The notes: a model not told the origin generated them from the letters alone. Counted from the stretch's first letter, positions 17,174-26,091 are shown. The stretch is DNA of 32,000 bases from Acaryochloris marina S15 (GCF_018336915.1 NZ_CP064927.1:120001-152000); one strand, 5' to 3'. Numbers and translations: made by a program.

Positions 17174-17650
17174 GTGTTGGCTAATATCCGAGGAGTGAAA
17201 GAACCATGGGCGGTGATTACAGATGAATCACCCACGCTACAGACCTTGTGGCAATACGCTTTGAGGTTTCGGGTCGAAGAATTATTTCTCGATAGTAAGT
17301 CTGGAGTGTTTGAGCTAGAAGAGTCGAAAATTCGCTGTGCTGATGCATTAGAGAGGCTTTATCTGGTTGCTGCTGTGGCACTGCTATTCAGCACGACTCA
17401 AGGAATGGCTGTTCACATTAAAGGGCTGCGCCAACAGGTTGATCCACATTGGCGGCGAGGCATTAGTTATCTCAAAATTGGATTACGGTGGCTCAAGGGG
17501 GTAGTCCATAAAGGACGGGAGTTGTTGATGCCAGTCCCCTTGCTCTGCCATGATCCACAACCGTGTTTTGCGTCTAAAAAAGCTCAAAAGAAACACTACA
17601 ACAAAATCTGGTTCTCTCGCATCCGCTCTTTACAGTGCAAGGCTTTATGA
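17174..17650 (+). pseudogene. IS4-family (DDE_Tnp_1) transposase, C-terminal fragment truncated at the Tn3-family IR
   Basis: ...EPWAVITDESPTLQTLWQYALRFRVEELFLDSKSGVFELEES... (the catalytic Glu region typical of IS4-type enzymes). The track start at 17162 lies inside the transposon IR, so the N-terminal ~250 aa are missing. Confidence 0.7.
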
Positions 17651-17972
17651 GCAGGGGAAGGCGAAGATCTGTCAGGCAGTCAGGGTCTTTGGTCTTCTTG
17701 AGTCGCTAGAGTCTATTCAGAAGGTTTTGTCTGCCCTGACTGCTTTGTATCCAGAAAGCCTAAGCTATGATGATTAACCTAGTACACTCCCTAGCCGCCC
17801 AGGTAGCTGTTGATGGCTTTACCTTTGATGTTATCTGCGATTTTAAGTCTGTTGGTATCTTTGTTCTGGATGGGTGTGGGGCTTTCCTATTTCCAACGAG
17901 AGAGCTGCTCAATATAGGCTGGGAGATAGCTCTGTTCCTGATAGTGGCAAGACTTTATATTCTCCTCTGCCC

Positions 17973-18467
17973 TCACCATAAAACTGGAGGTCCAGGATTG
18001 CCTTGTCGATGATCAAGCTTTATAGCGTCTGCTTGCCAGATCAACTTAAATCGCTCCAATCCTTTTGGGCTGATATCGATCTCGTCATCGGTCAATATCA
18101 GTTCACCATTAGCAAAGGTTGAGCCAGCTGCACTGAGGATACCAATGAACTCATCGTGATCTGCGATAACCTGAACAGAGCGCTTCAGACCACCATAGGA
18201 ATATATCTGGGCAATTTGATCCATGGTGACAGGGTAGTGATCAAATAACACTCGAATGTAGAGAGAGAGCAGGGGCATCGGATCATCGCTGCCAAACACG
18301 GCATTGCAGATGCAGGTCGATGTAGACAGCATCCAAGTAGCAATCTTTTTGGGATCGGTAGAGCGCTCTCGTGCCATTTCCAAAAGAAGATCCATCATAT
18401 TGTTCCTAAAGGGAACATTCAGACGAGTTTCTAGATTTTTCCAGACGGCTAAAGTATTAGGATCCAT
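17973..18467 (-). CDS. Hypothetical protein (164 aa)
   Basis: Clean ORF, divergent from the methyltransferase gene. No motif recognised. Confidence 0.5.
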   Translation of the reverse strand: MDPNTLAVWKNLETRLNVPFRNNMMDLLLEMARERSTDPKKIATWMLSTSTCICNAVFGSDDPMPLLSLYIRVLFDHYPVTMDQIAQIYSYGGLKRSVQVIADHDEFIGILSAAGSTFANGELILTDDEIDISPKGLERFKLIWQADAIKLDHRQGNPGPPVLW

Positions 18468-18688
18468 TTTAGGTCGAGCTTTTCACTTGCTATATCCTTG
18501 GATACCCAAATTAGCGCAAAAACCGTCTAGCGATTTACTCAATAAGACAATCTGGACAGCAATCCCTCCAAAGACTCCTGTCATTGAATAACCACTGAAT
18601 GAACTGTGGGTCTGATGAAGGTGGGTTGGGGTTGCGATGTTTCGATGATGGATTGCACTAACAATCAATATCATTCCTTTAATGAACT

Positions 18689-19378
18689 ATGGACGACCCA
18701 ACTAAAGTAATTCTGAACATCAAAGAAAGCCAGGTTGTTGAGTCCTGGTGCAAGAATGCTCAACCTTGGATTGATGCTATCAGAGGAAATCAAATTGAAA
18801 GTCGAATTAGGGTTACCAACCAGGCTATCTGCGAAGCCGTGACCAAACTCGCCCCTGAGAGGGCATTAGATCTTGGTTGCGGTGAGGGGTGGCTGACGCG
18901 ATACCTTCTATCTAAAGGTATAGAAACAGTGGGTGTAGATGCTTCTGCTAAGCTGATCGAAGAAGCTCAAAGCCATCACATTAGTGAGTATTACTGCATT
19001 GAGTATAGTGCGATTCCTTTGCAGCTTATGCATCGGCAATTTGATGTAGTAGTTGCCAATTTTTCATTGTTTGGAGATCAATGCGTTGAAAATTTACTGC
19101 CTAGTATCAAGGGAATGCTCAATGATTCTGGTTCACTAGTGATTCAAACACTACATCCCAAGATTGCCTGTGGTAGCTTGCCTTATCAAGATGGATGGCG
19201 TGATGGTTCATGGTCAGGCTTTAGCAGTGACTTTACTAATCCTGCACCCTGGTACTTTAGAACCTTGGAAAGTTGGATATCCTTATTATCACGCTATGAT
19301 ATGCAGCTTACAGAAATAATAGAGCCCACAGATCCTGTTACAGGTAGGATAGCCTCAGCTATTTTTATTACCTCATGA
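18689..19378 (+). CDS. Class I SAM-dependent methyltransferase
   Basis: Motif I ALDLGCGEGWLTRYL followed by VGVDAS and VVVANFSL, typical Methyltransf_11/25 spacing. Confidence 0.8.
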   Translation: MDDPTKVILNIKESQVVESWCKNAQPWIDAIRGNQIESRIRVTNQAICEAVTKLAPERALDLGCGEGWLTRYLLSKGIETVGVDASAKLIEEAQSHHISEYYCIEYSAIPLQLMHRQFDVVVANFSLFGDQCVENLLPSIKGMLNDSGSLVIQTLHPKIACGSLPYQDGWRDGSWSGFSSDFTNPAPWYFRTLESWISLLSRYDMQLTEIIEPTDPVTGRIASAIFITS

Positions 19379-19390
19379 ATGAAACAAGAA

Positions 19391-19747
19391 TTATTCTTCC
19401 CAATAAGTCAATTGCACCGTTTGCATATCCACATCATTGCTCAGTAATGTTTGTGAGTCTCCGACAAAGTTCTCATGAGGCATGCCTAACTCGTACATAG
19501 AATTTTTGGTATTTACATACATGCGACCACTATTAGAGAAGTATCCCTGAATAGGAGAAGTTCTTAATGGTGTTCCTGACGGATACTTAGGATGATTGTG
19601 AATTTTTCCACGAATCACAACATTGTTACTCAGATCAACGCACATCCAAGCTTCAATAATAGATTGGCAAAGAGAGGGTGTATCAGGTGTAGTCGGGGAA
19701 GATTGAGCGTTCTGCAAAAAATAGTCAATGATTTCATCAGCAATCAT
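19391..19747 (-). CDS. Hypothetical protein (118 aa)
   Basis: ORF only, directly downstream of the sigma gene on the same strand. No motif recognised. Confidence 0.45.
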   Translation of the reverse strand: MIADEIIDYFLQNAQSSPTTPDTPSLCQSIIEAWMCVDLSNNVVIRGKIHNHPKYPSGTPLRTSPIQGYFSNSGRMYVNTKNSMYELGMPHENFVGDSQTLLSNDVDMQTVQLTYWEE

Positions 19748-19894
19748 AGTGACGAGGTTCTGAAGATGGCATGTAATGACTTAGAGGGCCAAAGAATAGG
19801 AAAATCATGTGTTTTTCCACTCTAACAATCATTAATTTCCTCTCCACGCCTGCTTTTAGAGGCTATTCCATGAGGATCAAGATGAGGTGCCTCT

Positions 19895-20704
19895 CTAAGC
19901 AGACTCAGCATGTTTCTCCAGTTTTTTCATGATTTTGTTGAGGATCAGTCGGATAGCTTCATGACTCAAACCAATCTGTTGGCCGATCGCTCTCATCGAC
20001 TTGGGCTGATCATCCTCCAGGCCATATCTTTGGCTGAGTACAAATCGTTCCCGTTCATCTAGATTCGCCATTACCTGAGACAGTTCCTCGTCAAGTTGTA
20101 GAGATTCCATGTAAAGCGTCGGTTGATCATCTCCAGCTAGTAGATCGAGGAGCGTATCTTTTTGTTGTTGGCCGACAAGCTGATCAAGGGACGATACCTT
20201 TTGGAATAATTGCAGGGTACGACTAATAGTTTTCGGCTTGATATCGGTGGCTTCCGATAATTCTGATAGTGATGGTTTTCTACCAAGTGTTTGATTGAGT
20301 TCTCTGTAGTGCTTCTTGATTTTGTTGGCCTTATCCCAATGATTGTGAGGTAGGTAGATGGGACGTGATTTTGCTCGGACAGCAGCCGTAACCCCTTGTC
20401 GAATCCACCAGTAGGCATAGGTGCTGAAACGACAGCCTTGGGCAAGGTCAAATTTATCAACTGCGGTACTCAATCCAATGCTGCCTTCTTGAATCAAGTC
20501 CATCAAAGGTAAGCCCCGGTTCTGATGTTTCTTGGCAATGGAGACAACCAAGCGCAGGTTGCACTCGATCATCCTTTGCTTAGCTCGGAGGCTTCCCGCT
20601 TTAGCTTGTCTGGCAAGCTCAATTTCTTCTTCATGGGATAGGAGGGGATAACGGCCCATTTCCTGGAGGTATAAATGAAGACTGTCATTGTTTGTAGCCA
20701 TCAT
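19895..20704 (-). CDS. Sigma-70 family RNA polymerase sigma factor (RpoD-like, regions 1.2-4, no region 1.1), copy 1, 269 aa
   Basis: LYLQEMGRYPLLSHEEEIELARQ (1.2), NLRLVVSIAKKHQNRGLPLMDLIQEGSIGL...FSTYAYWWIRQG (2.1-2.4), SMRAIGQQIGLSHEAIRLILNKIMKKL (4.2). Start set at ATGATGGCT (20704), which matches copy 2. Confidence 0.9.
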   Translation of the reverse strand: MMATNNDSLHLYLQEMGRYPLLSHEEEIELARQAKAGSLRAKQRMIECNLRLVVSIAKKHQNRGLPLMDLIQEGSIGLSTAVDKFDLAQGCRFSTYAYWWIRQGVTAAVRAKSRPIYLPHNHWDKANKIKKHYRELNQTLGRKPSLSELSEATDIKPKTISRTLQLFQKVSSLDQLVGQQQKDTLLDLLAGDDQPTLYMESLQLDEELSQVMANLDERERFVLSQRYGLEDDQPKSMRAIGQQIGLSHEAIRLILNKIMKKLEKHAESA

Positions 20705-20917
20705 TGAACCTTGCAAACATCATGGGTAGAGGAATACACCGAAATACTATCAATGGGGCCAGAATTTTTTATTTCTTAAGAAAATCGAAGAATGATTGAC
20801 AAGTTTCTCAGAGTTCGGGAGTATTGCTGAAAATAGTTCAGTAGTCTCACTCAGGCTACTCTGCCACTCATTTCAGACTATAGAAACATCCAATAGCTCA
20901 ACTGTTCCCTTTGATCG

Positions 20918-21133
20918 ATGAGTTCTCCATCCCAACAACAGTTTATTCAGTACCTGCAAACTGAGCTAGAGATTTCAGAAGAAGCGATTGACTTGGCCTT
21001 GCGTCGTCAAAAGCCATCACGGGGTCCGTTGCATATGGTTCTATGGCAACATGGGCTGATCGACCTTGACCAACTTGGGAAAGCTTTTGAATGGCAAGTG
21101 AACGCAAAAGTAGCCATTGCGAACAGATTGTAG
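20918..21133 (+). CDS. Small cyanobacterial-type conserved protein (DUF2949-like), 71 aa
   Basis: FIQYLQTELEISEEAIDLALRR...GPLHMVLWQHGLIDLDQLGKAFEW matches my recollection of the DUF2949 pattern (L..EL.IS...I..ALR...LPM.LWQYGL..L.QL...FDW). Divergent from the sigma gene. Confidence 0.6.
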   Translation: MSSPSQQQFIQYLQTELEISEEAIDLALRRQKPSRGPLHMVLWQHGLIDLDQLGKAFEWQVNAKVAIANRL

Positions 21134-21138
21134 TTCCC

Positions 21139-21177
21139 AATAAAAAAGCCGGGAGGTCTAAAAGGTTACCCACCAGC
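21139..21177 (-). terminator. Probable intrinsic terminator downstream of the HU gene
   Basis: On the minus strand GCUGGUGGG (21177-21169) pairs with CCUCCCGGC (21156-21148): 8 of 9 pairs including 2 G-U. A 12-nt loop, then UUUUUUAUU. Confidence 0.4.
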
Positions 21178-21222
21178 TTGGTTGCAGGAATGCAGTGAAA
21201 ACAAAACTTGTCTGTCAGACTA

Positions 21223-21498
21223 TCAAGATTTTACTTTCTCCTTGAAATCCTTCCCAGCACTGAAAGCAGGGACTCTCGTTGCTGGGATATTCATTTTTTC
21301 TCCTGTCTTAGGATTACGCCCTTCTCTAGCCTTGCGATCTCTGGCTTCAAAGCTGCCGAAGCCAACGACGACAACTTTCTCACCGGAGCTAACCGTTTCC
21401 ACGATTGTCTCAATAGCAGCCGAAAGAATTACATCAGCTTCCTTCTTAGTGGCACCAGTATTTTCAGCAATTTGGTCAATCAATTCGCCCTTATTCAT
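21223..21498 (-). CDS. hup: HU family DNA-binding protein
   Basis: MNKGELIDQIAENTGATKKEADVILSAAIETIVETVSSGEKVVVVGFGSFEARDRKAREGRNPKTGEKMNIPATRVPAFSAGKDFKEKV is a full-length canonical HU sequence. Confidence 0.95.
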   Translation of the reverse strand: MNKGELIDQIAENTGATKKEADVILSAAIETIVETVSSGEKVVVVGFGSFEARDRKAREGRNPKTGEKMNIPATRVPAFSAGKDFKEKVKS

Positions 21499-21753
21499 AT
21501 AAGTCTGTTGAAACGCCGTTGAGCATTGTAACTCAGGGCATTAGAAGGAAGTGATGGATCGTTTGAATCTTATTCCGAATTGGGAATGCTAGAAAAGTCA
21601 TGCGAACTCTGTGAGCTTTAATTCACGGAGTGTATGGCTCCCTAGTCGTTCTCTAGTTCTTCTTGAATTGGAGAACGACGCACCAAAATTTATATGTGAC
21701 TACTATAGAAGAAGATAGCCACTTTTCTGGTCGTCTAGCTTACTCTTACAACT

Positions 21754-21781
21754 CCCAGCCAAATATTGGGCTGGGCTTTTC
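21754..21781 (+). terminator. Orphan stem-loop with short T tract (terminator-like) in the 450-bp gap upstream of hup
   Basis: CCCAGCC (21754-21760) / GGCTGGG (21769-21775), 8-nt loop, then CTTTTC. No annotated plus-strand gene precedes it. Confidence 0.3.
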
Positions 21782-21949
21782 ATGGCTACCTGAACACTCT
21801 CCAGTACAAGCCACGAGGGCATGGTTCAAGCTTTAGGATGCCAGGGTAACACTTTTCGATAATTAAAAAATCTATATAACCCTTGTATAGTAGTGCTCTT
21901 AAGCTTTTTCTCTTAAGTAAAAGTGTTGCCCTGATTTGAACAGTGCCAC

Positions 21950-22411
21950 TTAAGTTGATAACCTTCGTTGCGACTTATACCAGTTGTGGGCTTTATTAAC
22001 TTGCTCTGTCCAGAAGCTTAAAACAGTATCTTCCTTTTTATCAGGCAATACATTTAGCAACTCCATCCAATCGAAAAAAATCTTACTGGGTTTATATTCA
22101 GTGCGATTGACTACAAGTGCATTTGCCATGAAGCCATGCTCACAATAGCTATGACATGAAATTTGCCCTAGGAAATCGCCAATGATATGTCTATCTAATC
22201 CTGTTAAGCCAGAGGTGTTCATGTAATATGAATCTCCATCATCAACACTAGGCAAATGAAATTCTATACCGCTGACCAAATCAGAGTATGTTATTAAGCT
22301 CGACCTTTTACCGATTTTCGCGATTCGTTTTTCTAATTCTGCATAGGCAATAGGATCTTGTGGAGCATAGGTCCATTGCCATTCAGCTAGCTTTTTAGCA
22401 ACTTCATCCAA
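21950..22411 (-). CDS. Hypothetical protein (153 aa), AT-rich orphan
   Basis: Clean ORF in a visibly AT-rich stretch. No motif confidently recognised. Confidence 0.5.
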   Translation of the reverse strand: MDEVAKKLAEWQWTYAPQDPIAYAELEKRIAKIGKRSSLITYSDLVSGIEFHLPSVDDGDSYYMNTSGLTGLDRHIIGDFLGQISCHSYCEHGFMANALVVNRTEYKPSKIFFDWMELLNVLPDKKEDTVLSFWTEQVNKAHNWYKSQRRLST

Positions 22412-22485
22412 ATTTCGCCACCCTTAGACTTACCACTTTCTTATTCATCTCTTGCATTCTATCAAGCAGAACAGTGACAAGCTCT

Positions 22486-22509
22486 TAGTTGGTATAACTC
22501 CACCCCAAA
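22486..22509 (-). repeat. Dispersed intergenic repeat, copy E (inverted orientation, weakest copy)
   Basis: TAGTTGGTATAACTCCACCCCAAA shares the blocks AGTTGGTAT and CACCCCAAA, in the same order, with the reverse complement of copy B. Confidence 0.3.
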
Positions 22510-22812
22510 CCCCCTCAAGTCTCCACCACCCGAATCACCACCGGGGGAACTGCGGGCTTTGTGAAGTGCCAGAGAAAAACTGCTGATACACCTATGACTA
22601 TGGTAATGATCGCGACGAGGATAGCAGCGGTCTATCAGATGATCGATTAATCATCCCAGTCAACCTCAGTCTCGCATTCTTCATCTGGCAAGGTTTCTTC
22701 AAACCTTCCAAGCTGATAACAAAAACTTCTATCTCACTGGCATTTTCGCATCTGCATTCTTTGGTCAATATTATTGCCCACGTCGAGCTGATTGACGAGC
22801 CAGCCAATACTT

Positions 22813-23157
22813 TCAAATTGATAAACGTCCGATATTTGGTGCGATCAGGCTACCAATATAGAGGTAATCCTCCGTTTCTGTTACAGCCGTGTTCAGGGGA
22901 TAGGTCCCTTGTGGATCTTGTAAATTCTGAACAACGTTACCACTGCTATCAACAGCAATGATATGACCATATGGCTGTGCTTTAGGCCGCAAGAACGCTG
23001 GCATACGCTGTACAACCTTTCGCATAAAGGGCTTATCCGATAGTTGGTCTAATACAGCACTTCGAGGAGAAACTAGTGCTATCCAAAAGCGATTGTCTAG
23101 CCCTGTGGTTATGTTATCTGGGAAAGCAGGTAAGTCTTTGAGAAACGTCTCATATTG
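22813..23157 (-). pseudogene. Strictosidine-synthase-like (SSL/SMP-30-type beta-propeller) gene, C-terminal fragment split off by IS insertion
   Basis: ...QYETFLKDLPAFPDNITTGLDNRFWIALV... continues in frame from the N-terminal fragment once the IS and one copy of the 9-bp duplication are removed. Confidence 0.8.
23149..23157. repeat. 9-bp target-site duplication, left copy (CTCATATTG)
   Basis: Identical 9-mer immediately outside both IS ends. Confidence 0.85.
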
Positions 23158-23235
23158 CTGAAGGGGCGACATGCGCCGTAAACCCCTTGCTATTTGTGCA
23201 ATAACCCGATAGATAAGAAAAAAGATGGGCTGCAA

Positions 23236-24410
23236 ATGATGTATCTCCAGCTCACCTTATTGACAATGATATTGCCACTATACCAACCCCATTTACGCCG
23301 TCAACTGTCTCCTGCCCAGTATCTTCTCCTAGAGATCCTCGTTCATCTATTACAAACACTTCGCTGCGTCAAAATCGAGACGCTAGCAGAAGGGCTGCCA
23401 CTGCCGATTCTTTTTGCCAGTCGCCGAAAAAAATCCAACGGTTCTTATCCTTACCGACCCTTGAGCTTGAAACGCTTTGGCTACCGCTGGTTAAGCTGTG
23501 GCTGAGCCAGCAGTATCCTCAAGGCTCCCAGCTTTATGTCGTCATCGACCGTACGAGTTGGGGAGTGATTAATCTATTGATGGTCAGCGTGGTCTGGCAA
23601 CATCGCGCTATTCCCGTATGGTGTGAAGCCCTCTGCAAAAAGGGCAGCAGCAACTATGACGAGCAAACCGCTGTTTTAAGCAAAGTTATCCGCCATTTAT
23701 CAGCCTATCGTCTGGTCATCCTCGGTGACCGAGAGTTTTGTTCCGTCAAGCTGGGGCAGTGGTTAGGCCAACAGAAGGTCTACTTTTGTCTGCGACTCAA
23801 GCGCAATACCGAAGTGGCTCTGGCCCAGCAGTTTACTCAACAACTCCAACAGTTTGGCCTTGTCCCAGGTCAAAAGCTATTTCTCAATGATGTGCGCGTC
23901 ACTCAGGCTAAAGGCTTTGGAACTTTCAATGTGGCAGCCAAGTGGAAACGACGGTATCAGGGCTTTGCACCTGATGAAGCATGGTTTATTCTCACCAACT
24001 TCTGTGACCTCAATAGTGCTATCGTCAGCTACCAAAAACGCTTCTCTATCGAAGAGATGTTTCGGGACTTCAAGCAAGGAGGCTATTCTCTCGAAGGCTC
24101 TCAAGCCATGCAAGAACGGTTGGTGGCTATCGTTATTGTGATTGCCATTGCCTATACCAGTGCGGCACTGCAAGGGCAAAATCTCAAGCAAAAAGGACTA
24201 CAGCGCTATATTACTAGACCCGAATCCACCACTTCACTGAACAAGCGGCATAGTGCATTCCGAGTTGGACTATCTGCGTATATGTGGGCCATAACGGGGG
24301 ATGGAGTTCTGGCTCGATTGGTGGATGAGCTAATGAAACTCTCTCCCAATAAGCTGCCTGAATATCAACGGGGTATGAGAGCGATGGAGCTTGTCTGTGC
24401 TGGGTTGTAG
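23236..24410 (+). CDS. IS4-family DDE transposase in two frames joined at an A7 run (needs a -1 shift at 23427-23433)
   Basis: The upstream frame ends ...LPLPILFASRRKK. The -1 frame continues IQRFLSLPTLELETLWLPLVKLWLSQQYPQGSQLYVVIDRTSWGVINLLMVSVVW...GDREF...FSIEEMFRDFKQGGYSLEGS (D, D, E regions). Confidence 0.75.
23427..23433 (+). other. A7 run forming an A_AAA_AAA slippery heptamer at the transposase frame junction
   Basis: CGA AAA AAA TCC in frame 0. A -1 slip gives ...R K K then ATC CAA CGG (IQR), which restores the long ORF. Confidence 0.6.
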
Positions 24411-24430
24411 CCTTCATGTCGCCCCCTCAG

Positions 24431-24439
24431 CTCATATTG
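24431..24439. repeat. 9-bp target-site duplication, right copy (CTCATATTG)
   Basis: Identical to 23149-23157. Confidence 0.85.
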
Positions 24440-25207
24440 CCCTTTTTTGGGGCCATTGAGCCAATAACGAATTACTCGGTAATTCCCTGTTTCATTGACT
24501 AGCACATACGTTTGGTCGTGGCTGACCGCAACGCCATTAGCGAAGTTCAGATCGTCTAATAGTGTCTGTACAGTTCCATCAGTAGGGTTAAAAACTAACA
24601 GTCTTCCATGACTTCCATGCTCCATCAGATCAAGAAGACTAGCTTCGTAGGTACCTCGCCATTCCTTTGCCCCAAATTTTGTAGAAGCGTCTGAAAAGTA
24701 GATTTTGCCGTCATCGGCTATGTCTACATCATTTGCATAGCTAATCGGCACTCCGTCCGCTTCAGTGGCCAACTCAGTAATTGTTTTATCTTTTGCTATG
24801 GATAAAAGGCCACGAAAAGCATCAGCAACAATCAAATTACCACTCTTGTCAAAATCAATGCCTAGCGGGCGACCACCCGTTTCAATCCAATTCTCTGAGC
24901 TTGAACCATTAGGTTGCAGTCGTACAATCCGACCTTCGTGGGTCGAGGCATATATACGCCCTTGGCTATCTAGGGCAATATCCTCAGGGCCATGATTGTC
25001 CCCTAGAGGTAACTCCTGAATATCTTTGAGGCGTTCATTGGATTCAAATGCTCCGCTGTAGCCAGGATTGAATGGTGCCTCCCATGCGACGGGTTCAATG
25101 GGTACAGGCCAGGCAGTCAAGTAAAGAACAATGAGGGCAACGATTAGTAGTAGCCTTAGAGACCTATTGCGCTTGCCTCGCTTCGTGGTGACTGAAATTC
25201 GTGACAT
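24431..25207 (-). pseudogene. Strictosidine-synthase-like gene, N-terminal fragment (signal-anchor + propeller blades)
   Basis: N-terminal hydrophobic anchor LRLLLIVALIVLYLTAW, then GPEDIALDSQGRIY..., GRPLGIDFDKSGNLIVADA..., GRLLVFNPTDGTVQTLLDDLNFANGVAVSHDQTYVLVNETGNYRVIRYWLNGPKKGQYE, then the IS end. Confidence 0.8.
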
Positions 25208-25286
25208 AGTAGGGGCTGGTTAGTACAAATTGAAGAACAATAGCTATAACTAGGGGTATTGTTTAAGAACCCCAAAAATAACGATT

Positions 25287-25844
25287 ATGGGCTCTAAACC
25301 AAATGTTGTGATTCGCTCAGCGAACTCAACTGATCTCCCTTATTTAGAAAATATACGAAAGTCAGCGTTCGTACCTGTCTTTTCCTCATTCCGTAAAATT
25401 CTGGGGGATGAAATCTACAATTTGGCGCAAGCGCATGAAGATGAAGCACAAGGCGACTTTCTTGCATCCTTGCTCGAACCAGACTCTGATTGGAAAGTCT
25501 ATACTGCTGCGATAGATAGCACGGTCGTTGGTTTTGTCTCGTTCCAACTCAACTTAGATAGGAAAGTTGGTGAGATTGGACTTAACGCTGTAGACCCAAA
25601 CCATTCAGGAAGGGGTATTGGCACAATTATGTATAACTTTGCAATTGCAAAAATGAAAGAGGTGGGGATGCAAGTTGCAACGGTGGCTACGGGTGGAGAC
25701 CCAAGTCATGCCCCAGCACGTCGAGCTTATGAGAAAGCTGGTTTTACGGTACAGATTCCAAGTGTGTGGCTGTGTCAAAACTTTAAATGTGGCAGGCCAA
25801 GAATAGGCCATTTCGTATTGGGCACATCAGCAACGGCATCTTGA
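25287..25844 (+). CDS. GNAT family N-acetyltransferase
   Basis: VGFVSFQL...IGLNAVDPNHSGRGIGTIMYNFAIAKMKEVG...ARRAYEKAGF (motif A R-x-x-G-x-G and C-terminal YEKxGF). Confidence 0.85.
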   Translation: MGSKPNVVIRSANSTDLPYLENIRKSAFVPVFSSFRKILGDEIYNLAQAHEDEAQGDFLASLLEPDSDWKVYTAAIDSTVVGFVSFQLNLDRKVGEIGLNAVDPNHSGRGIGTIMYNFAIAKMKEVGMQVATVATGGDPSHAPARRAYEKAGFTVQIPSVWLCQNFKCGRPRIGHFVLGTSATAS

Positions 25845-25967
25845 TTGACTTCCTATTAGATGGCTTGTACTTCCAGGTGACCCTTGAACTTTTGATGAAG
25901 CTACCGCTGTTTTATCAGCCGCTGGAACCGTAAGGATAGGTGATCTCATTCCGGGGATTGCCTCGCG

Positions 25968-26040
25968 TTCTCAATCTCCGATACCAACCTTCGACATCAC
26001 ACCTATTAATTTCACCCAGTCTTCCGGCTTTTCAGATTCT
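25968..26040 (+). repeat. Dispersed intergenic repeat, copy A
   Basis: TCTCAATCTCCGATACCAACCTTCGACATCACACCTATTAA...CTTTTCAGATTCTA aligns with copy C over ~70 nt, with a few substitutions and indels. Confidence 0.55.
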
Positions 26041-26070
26041 ATATTACTTAGCTTTGATTAGGATAAAAGC

Positions 26071-26091
26071 CCCAAATTGCAGCAACTTGGG
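26071..26091. terminator. Possible bidirectional terminator hairpin between the GNAT gene and the convergent small-peptide gene
   Basis: CCCAAATTG CAG CAACTTGGG (8 pairs, 1 mismatch), flanked by AAAA upstream and TTCTTTT downstream on the plus strand. Confidence 0.4.

Larger units (their letters stand above)
23158..24430 (+). mobile_element. IS4-family insertion sequence (1273 bp) with IS10/IS50-like CTGA... termini
   Basis: Ends CTGAAGGGGCGACATG (23158-23173) and the reverse complement of 24415-24430, CTGAGGGGGCGACATG (15/16). Flanked by a 9-bp direct duplication. Interrupts an otherwise intact gene. Confidence 0.85.

Noticed and set aside
17676-17742. 10-bp inverted repeat GCAGTCAGGG / CCCTGACTGC downstream of the IS4-family fragment
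   Set aside because: It could be an IS end structure or a terminator. With no T tract and no partner end available, no call is justified.
20137-20460. Antisense ORFs inside both sigma genes (20137-20460 and 31316-31705) that look conserved between copies
   Set aside because: The conservation is a by-product of the sigma gene duplication. The translations are not protein-like.
20796-20824. TTGACA-N17-GAGTAT as a promoter for the DUF2949-like gene
   Set aside because: The -35 is perfect but the -10 matches only 3 of 6 positions. This is too weak to call without transcript data.
22598-22816. 72-aa minus-strand ORF and short acidic frame (…FEETLPDEECETEVDWDD*) in the 400-bp gap below the SSL fragment
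   Set aside because: No start context and no motif, and the frames are interrupted. Possibly a decayed gene, but unsupported.
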